NCBI GenBank assembly: GCA_964291405.2
Contig: OZ219926.1
Span: 3,296,001-3,360,000 of the forward strand
Origin: Thermodesulfobacteriota bacterium
Lineage (GTDB): Bacteria > Desulfobacterota > Binatia > Bin18
Length of the DNA: 64,000 nucleotides
Direction: 5' to 3'
Part shown: positions 29,859 through 37,572 of the stretch, in pieces
How positions within the stretch are numbered: position 1 is the stretch's first letter
Layout: every line of letters begins with the position of its first letter
The notes under the pieces: generated by a model
What the model was told of the DNA's origin: nothing
Database searches by the model: none
What the model saw: the letters and a program-made list of their open reading frames with translations, nothing else
Translations under genes and position numbers: made by a program

Positions 29859-30836
29859 ATGAGCCGTCATCCGATTACCGACTTTTTGCACCACCACTTT
29901 CGGCATTTCAATGCCGCGACCGTTATCGAGGCGGCTACCGCTTATCGCCAGCACCTCGACCGGGGCGGCAAGATGCTGCTGGCTATGGCGGGCGCTATGA
30001 GTACGGCCGAACTCGGCATCTCCCTGGCTGAAATGATCCGCAATGACTGCATTCATGCCATCTCCTGCACGGGTGCGAATCTGGAAGAAGACATTTTTAA
30101 TCTGGTCGCACACGAGCACTATGAGCGGGTGCCGCACTATCGGGATCTGACCCCCCAGGATGAAGAGGGCCTGCTTGACCGGCATATGAATCGCGTCACG
30201 GATACCTGCATCCCCGAGTTCGAGGCCATGCGTCGGGTCGAAGGCGTTCTCCAGGAATTGTGGATGCAGGCCGATCACACCGGCCAAAGGGCTTTCCCGC
30301 ACGAGACGTTCTACGAAATCCTGCGTACCGGCATACTGAAACCCTACTATCAGATTGATCCCAAAGACTCCTGGGTCCATGCCGCCATGGAAAAAGACCT
30401 GCCTATTGTTGCGCCGGGCTGGGAGGATTCAACCTGTGGGAATGTGTACGCCAGCTATTGCATGACCGGCTTGATTAAGAATGTGCATACCGTACGCCAT
30501 GGTGTTGAATACATGACGTTGCTCGCCGACTGGTATAGTACGGTCTCGGACAATCACTCTATCGGATTTTTTCAGATTGGCGGGGGCATTGCCGGAGATT
30601 TTGCCATTTGTGCGGTTCCCATGCTGATCCAGGACATGAAACGCGTCCACACTCCGCTGTGGGGCTATTTTTGCCAGATCAGTGATTCAACGACCAGTTA
30701 TGGTTCCTATTCCGGCGCGGTTCCCAATGAAAAAATTACCTGGGGTAAACTCGGCGTGGATACGCCGCGTTACCTGATTGAGTCGGACGCCTCGATTGTG
30801 GTGCCGCTCATCTTTGCCCAAGTGCTGGAACAGTAA
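29859..30836 (+). CDS. Deoxyhypusine synthase family protein
   Basis: AGAMSTAELG, CTGANLEED, IGGGIAGDF, GSYSGAVPNEKITWGK. Confidence 0.92.
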   Translation: MSRHPITDFLHHHFRHFNAATVIEAATAYRQHLDRGGKMLLAMAGAMSTAELGISLAEMIRNDCIHAISCTGANLEEDIFNLVAHEHYERVPHYRDLTPQDEEGLLDRHMNRVTDTCIPEFEAMRRVEGVLQELWMQADHTGQRAFPHETFYEILRTGILKPYYQIDPKDSWVHAAMEKDLPIVAPGWEDSTCGNVYASYCMTGLIKNVHTVRHGVEYMTLLADWYSTVSDNHSIGFFQIGGGIAGDFAICAVPMLIQDMKRVHTPLWGYFCQISDSTTSYGSYSGAVPNEKITWGKLGVDTPRYLIESDASIVVPLIFAQVLEQ

Positions 30837-31646
30837 ATGGAAAAAGAGAGAGACCACGCCATTGCGGCCGCGCAGGCCGCGGGAGACATTATCCGTACCA
30901 TCTACGAGACCAACTACACGGTTGAGTACAAAAGGGTCGATAACAGCCCGGTCACGCTTGCCGACCAGGAGGCTAACCAGAAGATCCACGCCATGCTCCA
31001 GGCGGCTTTTCCTGACTATGGCTGGCTGTCTGAAGAGACGGTCGATTCGTCCGCACGGCTCTCCGCCCACCGCGTCTGGGTTGTCGATCCCATGGATGGA
31101 ACCAAGGAGTTCATTCAAAAAATCCCGGAATTTGCCGTCTCTATCGGGCTTATTGAAGCGGGCTGGCCAATTCTCGGCGTGGTCTATAATCCTATCATGG
31201 ACCAGCTCTTCTGGGCGGTCCGCGGACAAGGCGCGTGGTGTGGGACCCGCCCATTGCATGTGCTCGAAACGCCACACCTGGCTGAGGCCACTATTCTCTC
31301 AAGTCGCTCAGAGACGAAACGGGGGGAGTGGAAAGACTTCAGTTCTCTTTTTCGAGCCCGTCCCATGGGGAGCATTGCCTACAAACTGGCGTGCATTGCG
31401 AGTGGTGAGGCCGACGCCTCGTTTACGCTGACGCCCAAGAACGAGTGGGATATTTGTGCGGGAACACTTCTCGTTGAGGAAGCCGGGGGGCAAGTCACGA
31501 CCCTCGGCGGGAAGCCGGTCCGTTTCAATCAACCAACAACGCTCTTACAAGGCTTGGTTGCCAGTAATGGGAGGCTCCACACGCAGCTTTTGAGTCTGGT
31601 GACACCGCGCCTCACCGCTCGACACCATGCCGAGAATCACCAATAG
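30837..31646 (+). CDS. cysQ: 3'(2'),5'-bisphosphate nucleotidase CysQ / inositol monophosphatase family
   Basis: SPVTLAD, LSEE, WVVDPMDGTKEF, EWDICAG. Confidence 0.8.
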   Translation: MEKERDHAIAAAQAAGDIIRTIYETNYTVEYKRVDNSPVTLADQEANQKIHAMLQAAFPDYGWLSEETVDSSARLSAHRVWVVDPMDGTKEFIQKIPEFAVSIGLIEAGWPILGVVYNPIMDQLFWAVRGQGAWCGTRPLHVLETPHLAEATILSSRSETKRGEWKDFSSLFRARPMGSIAYKLACIASGEADASFTLTPKNEWDICAGTLLVEEAGGQVTTLGGKPVRFNQPTTLLQGLVASNGRLHTQLLSLVTPRLTARHHAENHQ

Positions 31647-31700
31647 GTTGACGTAGACTCCGTCCCCCCGTTAGGGTGAAAAAAAGAGGAAAGAAAAATC

Positions 31701-31922
31701 GTGTCTCAGTTTGCCACACTTCTTCGCGCCCGCCCCAATCCCCGTTGCCCCGCGTGTCATAAATGGAACCGTGTCTATGTGACTGGAGGCTCGTTTCTGT
31801 CCGAGTGTGTCCACTGCGGAGCCACCCTGGAGGTTCGTCGTCCGCCAACGTTCTGGGGTGTCATTGCCATTGGCATCAGCGTACTGCTCCTCGCCGCAGC
31901 CATTCCGCTCCTGGCGTGGTAA
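31701..31922 (+). CDS. Small Zn-ribbon membrane protein
   Basis: CPAC...CVHC followed by a C-terminal hydrophobic helix; GAGGA RBS. Confidence 0.6.
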   Translation: MSQFATLLRARPNPRCPACHKWNRVYVTGGSFLSECVHCGATLEVRRPPTFWGVIAIGISVLLLAAAIPLLAW

Positions 31923-31941
31923 GCAGGCGAGAGGAGACACC

Positions 31942-32166
31942 GTGCCTCAAGGGGTGCAATTGGCGCAGATCGAGCGTATTTTCGAAATCCTTGACCGGTT
32001 GGACATCTCCCGGGAGGCGGTTATTATCCCCCTGCGGCCGCAGGGCACCGGCAGCCTCAGGATGCTTGAGAATGGCACCCTCGAAATCGTTGTCCCGGAC
32101 GCTATTCCATTTGATGACTGGTACGCCTCGCTTGAAGACGGGATTCAGAAACTGAAGATGGGCTGA
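31942..32166 (+). CDS. Small hypothetical protein
   Basis: GAGGAG RBS before GTG 31942; 74 aa, protein-like composition. Confidence 0.65.
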   Translation: MPQGVQLAQIERIFEILDRLDISREAVIIPLRPQGTGSLRMLENGTLEIVVPDAIPFDDWYASLEDGIQKLKMG

Positions 32167-32185
32167 GCGACTCCACCTGCCTGAG

Positions 32186-33070
32186 CTATAGCGGCTGCGG
32201 TTCCGAATGGATGGGAGGCTGTGCCGCAGGCGGGTCGGCCGGGCCATCCAGGTGGACATCCTTTTCGACGGTTTTTTCATCCGGGAGTTCCGTGCGTTCC
32301 AGCACGAAGGGTTTCCCCCGTCCCGTCGGGTTGGCCACAAACACATCATAGCTGCCGGTCTCCAGGACAAAGCGATGTTCCTGGCCGGGCTCACTGCGGG
32401 CAATCTCTTTTTGCGTCCCGGCGGCGTAAATGATGACCTGAGTCAGCGAACTGACATCTTTTCCGGCCAGCCGGGGATGGACCAGGAGCTCGCCACGTAC
32501 ACGCTCGCGCAGCGTCAGTTCCCGCAGTCCGCCCCGGAGGAGCTCAATATCGCGCCACCACTGGCTCTGGGGTGGGACGGCGACCTTGACATCGACCAAG
32601 CCCGGTTGCGCCAGGATGATCTCTCCGCTCAGGAACTCTCCCAGCAGTTCGTTGGACACGCCGTCATAGACCTCAACGCCGAGGCCGATATCCTGGCCCC
32701 TTTTATCCAGGACGTTGACCTGGAGGGCCGCGACTTCGCTGAGGATGACCGTACTGGTCCGACCGGACCGAACCAGCACGCGCTCGCGCGAGACCGTTCC
32801 GCCCAGAATGTCGAGTTCAACGCGATAGGACCCGGGCGGCAGCGAGGCGGGTGTGTTCAGGGGTGTTTGGGTGATGAGCGTATCGGGTGTGAGGCTATAG
32901 ATTCTGGCCGAGAGCCCACCCGGCTGAGCCTGCTCTCCCGGAGTCTGGATGAGCAGGTTGCCATGGGGTTCGGGCTCGGCCGCAGGCTGCGCGATACAAA
33001 CGTGGCTAAAGAGAAAAAAGCAGCTCAGCAGAACGGCCAGGAGCCACAGCGCTTGTTTATATCCAACCAT
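32186..33070 (-). CDS. Secreted hypothetical protein with three tandem beta-sandwich-like repeats
   Basis: Signal peptide; repeated LPPGSYRVEL / AQPGLVDVKV / LETGSYDVFV modules. Confidence 0.65.
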   Translation of the reverse strand: MVGYKQALWLLAVLLSCFFLFSHVCIAQPAAEPEPHGNLLIQTPGEQAQPGGLSARIYSLTPDTLITQTPLNTPASLPPGSYRVELDILGGTVSRERVLVRSGRTSTVILSEVAALQVNVLDKRGQDIGLGVEVYDGVSNELLGEFLSGEIILAQPGLVDVKVAVPPQSQWWRDIELLRGGLRELTLRERVRGELLVHPRLAGKDVSSLTQVIIYAAGTQKEIARSEPGQEHRFVLETGSYDVFVANPTGRGKPFVLERTELPDEKTVEKDVHLDGPADPPAAQPPIHSEPQPL

Positions 33071-33092
33071 ACGAGAAGGACGTCACCAGGGT

Positions 33093-33914
33093 CTATTTTT
33101 CCAGCGGGAGGTCCTCGCGGTTGCCCCATTCGGCCCAGGAGGCATCGTAGTTGCGCACCTTGTCAAAACCGAGTAGCCGAAGGGTGAACAATCCGTGCGC
33201 CGCACGGATACCACCCTGTCAATAGGTGACGACTTCACACTCGGGGCTGACCCCGACCTGCTCAAACATGGGGCGGAGTTCGTCCGCGGATTTGAACTTT
33301 TTTGTCTTGGGATCAACATAGTTGAGCCATTCGAGATGGACCGCGCCAGGAATCCGCCCGCCCCGCTTGGTGCCCCGGTTGTTCTCGCCGGTCCACTCCG
33401 CATCCGAGCGCACATCGAGCAGCACGGTATCTGCGGTAATGGCCCCCTGGACCTGCTCCCAGCGGGCGATCATGTCTTCATTGGCCTGGGGCGTAAAGGT
33501 CGCTTTGGCCGGACGGGACGCGATGTTTGTCACCGGCCGCCCTTCGGCCAGCCAGGCGTCCCAGCCGCCGTTCAATACTCTGACATTGGTATGGCCGTAA
33601 TAGTGCAGCGCCCACCAGAACCGGGTCGCGTACAGTCCGCTGAAGCCATCATAGGCGACCACCGGCGTATCATCCCCAATGCCCATTTCCCCCATTGTCT
33701 GAGCAAACTGGTCCGGGCCCATGATATGCGGCGCGCCTTCTTTTTCCTTGAAATAATGGTGGCCGCGCACGGGAATCGCCCCCGGAATATGGGCGCGGCG
33801 GTAGGCTTCGCGATTATCACAATCGACGACTCGCAGGTTGTCGTCCTGGAGATGCGCCGCGAGCCATTGGGTCTCTGCCAGCATGTCCGGTCGGGTATAG
33901 CCGTGGTCTGTCAT
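33093..33914 (-). CDS. Selenocysteine-containing two-domain sulfurtransferase (rhodanese/SseA-like)
   Basis: The ORF-track stop is a TGA (33219-33221) at the catalytic Cys position: [47 protein letters not shown], ending at TAG 33093-33095. Confidence 0.9.
33181..33217 (-). promoter_or_regulatory. Bacterial SECIS element
   Basis: mRNA reads UGA-C-AGGGUG-GU-AUCCGUGC-GGC-GCACGGAU-UGUU-CACCCU: two stems, G-led apical loop 17 nt after the UGA. Confidence 0.8.
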
Positions 33915-33926
33915 TATTCGCCTCCT

Positions 33927-34769
33927 TTACTGTCCCGAGTAGCGGGGCGTCCGTTTTTCCATAAACGCCCGCACCGCTTCTTTGGCATCCTGGGATCGAA
34001 TGCAGACCGCTTGGCTCTTGGCTTCCAGCAGGAGTCCGTCACGGACGGAAAGATATTGGCTGGCGTCAATCGCCCGCTTGGCAGCGCGCACGGCTAGCGG
34101 CGGTTGGCTGGCCAACTGGTCTGCCAGGTCCATCACGGTCGCCTCTAATGCCTCCTCGTCAACGAGCCGTTCGGCCAGACCGATACGATAGGCTTCTTCG
34201 GCCTCAATCTGCTGTGCGGTGAAGATGAGTTCTTTGGCCTTGCCGGTGCCGACCAGACGGGGCAGGCGTTGGGTTCCGCCCAGGTCGGGGATGAGGCCGT
34301 AGCGGTGCTCCAGCAAGCCCAGCCGGCTCCCGCGGGCGACCACCCGGATATCGCAGGCCAGCGCCATCTGCAGGCCCGCGCCTAAAGCATAGCCCCGGAC
34401 CGCGGCAATGGTCGGGTAGGGGGCTTCTTCAAGCCAGGTGAAGGCTTCCTGAAAACCCTGGATAATGGACACCATGGGGTCATCGTCGGCCACCACCTTG
34501 GGTATGGGCTCATGTTCGTGTCCGTTAAAGACCACGCCGCCAAAGGCAGAGGTGTCGATGCCGGTTGAGAAGGCGCGGCCTTCACCAATCACGACAAGCG
34601 CCCGTAGCTGGTTCTCGCGCGCATGTTCTTCGGTGGAAAGCGTGTCGCCGAGTTCCCGTAACGCCTGCCACATCTGGGGCGTCATGGCGTTCAGCTTTTC
34701 CGCCCGGTTGAGCCGCAGCCAACCTATATGTCCGACCTGTTCATAACGTACCGCTTCATCTTGCGTCAT
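33927..34769 (-). CDS. Enoyl-CoA hydratase/isomerase
   Basis: LNRAEKLNAM, AFSTGID, GYALGAGLQMALACDIR, PDLGGTQRLPRLVG. Confidence 0.92.
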   Translation of the reverse strand: MTQDEAVRYEQVGHIGWLRLNRAEKLNAMTPQMWQALRELGDTLSTEEHARENQLRALVVIGEGRAFSTGIDTSAFGGVVFNGHEHEPIPKVVADDDPMVSIIQGFQEAFTWLEEAPYPTIAAVRGYALGAGLQMALACDIRVVARGSRLGLLEHRYGLIPDLGGTQRLPRLVGTGKAKELIFTAQQIEAEEAYRIGLAERLVDEEALEATVMDLADQLASQPPLAVRAAKRAIDASQYLSVRDGLLLEAKSQAVCIRSQDAKEAVRAFMEKRTPRYSGQ

Positions 34770-34865
34770 ATTTATATCTACATTCCTTCCGAGAAAGTCG
34801 CTTCCAACGTAGCGGTTTCATCCGCTGATTCCAAACCCCTCGACGGAATCAAGCGTCGCGCTCGG

Positions 34866-35930
34866 TTACTGGTTTCTATACGGTCCGATAATCTCTCGGG
34901 CGAACTCCACGATACTTTCTTCCACTAGACTCCACGGAGGGGAGACAACAATCTGGGTGAGTCCGGCGGCTTCAAGCTGATGGAGGCGTTCGAGAATATC
35001 ATCGCGCGAGCCGGTCAGACTCATGGTCTGAATGGCCTCGGGGGTAATGAATTTCTCTTCGCCCGGATGCAGAAAGCGCGAGTGCGTGGCATGAATGTCT
35101 TCCCAGCGGTCATCCAGATAGCGCTGGTACTCTGATGTCAGGAAAGGCTGTAAAAAAGGTGGCACCGTTTTGCCCTGTTTGGCGACTTCATAGGCATAGT
35201 GCAGGGCCACCGCAATGCGCGGGCCGACCCGCGACAGCACGCGCGGACTGTTCACCGCCTCGCCGGGTTGCAGCACACAGGAGACGCCGAGTGTGACCAC
35301 GCTGAAGTCGGAGGGTTTCCCACCGTTTCGGCCCTCCCAGCCCTGTGCGACTGCCGTCAGATTGCGGGTGAGCGACTCGGGCGAGAGCAGGCTCAGGGTC
35401 AACAGGCCGTCGCCTAGCTCACCGGCCAGGGCCTGGGCCTTGGGATGCGAGGCCGCCAGATAGATGGGGATGCGCTCGCGCGTATTAATATAGCCGTGCT
35501 CGACATCCATGAACCGAATTCGGCTCTGCCGTCCACGCTCGTGATAGGGGACAGTCTCACCTCGGAGCAGGCCCTGGCAGACCTCGACCGCGTGCCGGAA
35601 CTCCGCAAGCGAGACCGGCGGCATATCCATGGTCCGCCAAGCCGTATGGCCGGTGCCCAGACCGAGGATCACCCGGCCGGGCGCAAGCTGATTGATGGTG
35701 GCAATCGAGTGCGCAATGACAGGCGGAATGCGCGTCCCGACAATGGTGACGCCGGTCCCGAGGCGGATTGTTTTTGTATACGTGGCAGCCAGGGTCATGC
35801 AGGCATACACGTCCGAGGTGAGCATCTGCGAATCTACGAACCAGGCATGAGTAAACCCCATCTGCTCGGCCAGCAGGGCGTGTTTCCATCCGTTATGAAT
35901 ATGTGACTGAAAGCCAACTCCGAAGTCCAT
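34866..35930 (-). CDS. LLM-class flavin-dependent oxidoreductase
   Basis: GFTHAWFVDSQM, IRLGTGVT, APGRVILGLGTG, PIYLAA. Confidence 0.9.
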   Translation of the reverse strand: MDFGVGFQSHIHNGWKHALLAEQMGFTHAWFVDSQMLTSDVYACMTLAATYTKTIRLGTGVTIVGTRIPPVIAHSIATINQLAPGRVILGLGTGHTAWRTMDMPPVSLAEFRHAVEVCQGLLRGETVPYHERGRQSRIRFMDVEHGYINTRERIPIYLAASHPKAQALAGELGDGLLTLSLLSPESLTRNLTAVAQGWEGRNGGKPSDFSVVTLGVSCVLQPGEAVNSPRVLSRVGPRIAVALHYAYEVAKQGKTVPPFLQPFLTSEYQRYLDDRWEDIHATHSRFLHPGEEKFITPEAIQTMSLTGSRDDILERLHQLEAAGLTQIVVSPPWSLVEESIVEFAREIIGPYRNQ

Positions 35931-35986
35931 AGGTGCCCTCTAATTTTTCGATACGCTCTATCCAACACCCCTTCACCAAGTTGTCC

Positions 35987-36949
35987 CTACCGTGGCTCCA
36001 GCGGCATGCCTTCGCGTTTACGCACATCGCTCAAATAGGCCAGGATGCCGTCCTCAACCGTATACTTGGGTGTGAAGTCCAGCTCGGTCCGCAGGCGGTC
36101 GGTCTTGACCAGTGAGGTCATGGCTACGGGTTTATCACTGACCGAGATATTGGCGTCGGGCAGCAACTCGCGCAGATAGGCCGTGATCTCGCCCGTCTTG
36201 CGACTGGGGCCGGCCATGTTGAACACGCGGGATTGCGGGTTTTCAATATGATACGCCCGACGAAAGACCTCCGCGGCATCGGCAACGTACAGCCAGTCGG
36301 CAATCTGCTCGTCCTGTGGCATGACGACCGGCTTGCCGAGCAGGGCCAGCTCAGGGGCCACCATAAAATGATCCCCCGCCGCTCCCCGGCGTTGGCCGCG
36401 TCCCTCGCCAAACACCGAGGTCGGCCGGATCGCAATGAAGTCCATGCCATAAGCGTGATTATAGTAGTCTGCAGTATGCTCGTTGAATAATTTGCACGCG
36501 CCGTACAGGCCAGCCTGATTGCTGGTAGACGGAGCGGGCGGGTCGTCTTCGCTCAACTCCGGGGCGGTGCTGGCCGTGCGCTCGGGAAACACCGCGACCG
36601 AGCTCATATACACGACGCGCTTCAGGCCGCTCAGCCGGGCGGCCTCAAAGATGTTGGTGGTGCCGATACAATTCACGTTAATCGACGGCAGCGGATTGCG
36701 GATGCCGCCGGTTCCCAGATAGTAGGCGAGATGAATAATTCCCTCGATTTTGTTGCGCTGGATCACGTCTATGAGCGCGGTCACTTCCATGACATCGCCC
36801 TGCAAGACCTTCACCTGGTCGGCCACGTCCGCGACCGCCTGTCGGTTCGGGACGGTATCGAGAATGACGACGTTCTCTCCCGACTGAACCAGATGTCGTG
36901 TCAAATGTCGGCCCAAAAACCCGGTGCCCCCAGTAATCAGAATCGCCAT
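35987..36949 (-). CDS. NAD-dependent epimerase/dehydratase
   Basis: ITGGTGFLG, IIHLA, YGACK; AAGGAGG RBS before ATG 36949. Confidence 0.9.
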   Translation of the reverse strand: MAILITGGTGFLGRHLTRHLVQSGENVVILDTVPNRQAVADVADQVKVLQGDVMEVTALIDVIQRNKIEGIIHLAYYLGTGGIRNPLPSINVNCIGTTNIFEAARLSGLKRVVYMSSVAVFPERTASTAPELSEDDPPAPSTSNQAGLYGACKLFNEHTADYYNHAYGMDFIAIRPTSVFGEGRGQRRGAAGDHFMVAPELALLGKPVVMPQDEQIADWLYVADAAEVFRRAYHIENPQSRVFNMAGPSRKTGEITAYLRELLPDANISVSDKPVAMTSLVKTDRLRTELDFTPKYTVEDGILAYLSDVRKREGMPLEPR

Positions 36950-37128
36950 ATGTACAGCCTCCTTAGAGACTGCTGTACGGAATTTATGACAAGGCCGCAA
37001 CTCTCCCGACGCACACGGCGTACCATCCGCCCTTTCTTTCTGTCTCTTTTTGGGACAACCTGAGCGCAGCAATCTGAATGAGGCGAATTGAAAGGCCTCG
37101 TATCGCCAGTCACAAGGGAGGGAGTGCT

Positions 37129-37560
37129 ATGGCACATGCTGCAACCGTGCGCATGGTCGCGGAAGAAGAAGCTACCGGTAAAGTCGCGGAGATCTATGCT
37201 GACATCAAAGCTACAAAGGATATTCCGGCGGTGCCGAATTTCTGGCGAGTACTGGCCAGTCATCCGGACAATCTGGAGATGATTTGGACCCGGTTGAAAG
37301 CGCTCATGCATCCCGAGGCCAGTGGACGGGAGTCGCCCCTTGATCCTCGCACACGCGAGATTATTGCCCTGGCCGTTTCGGCCACCAACGGCTGTGCCTA
37401 CTGTATTAACTCCCACACTGCGGCCCTGCGGAAGCTGGGCTGCGACACCGAAACGCTGGGAGAGGTCATGGCCATTGTGGCGCTGTTCAACAGCACCAAT
37501 GCCCTGGCGGACGGCTACCAGATTACGCCGGACGTATTACCGCCTGTTGATGAGGCGTAG
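37129..37560 (+). CDS. AhpD/carboxymuconolactone decarboxylase family protein
   Basis: REIIALAVSATNGCAYCINSH (CxxC). Confidence 0.9.
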   Translation: MAHAATVRMVAEEEATGKVAEIYADIKATKDIPAVPNFWRVLASHPDNLEMIWTRLKALMHPEASGRESPLDPRTREIIALAVSATNGCAYCINSHTAALRKLGCDTETLGEVMAIVALFNSTNALADGYQITPDVLPPVDEA

Positions 37561-37572
37561 CCAAGACCGTGC

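Noticed and set aside
33219-33914. Sulfurtransferase as a truncated gene or nonsense pseudogene
   Set aside because: The stop is TGA exactly at the catalytic Cys, the downstream frame is intact and a SECIS-like hairpin follows, so Sec recoding explains it better
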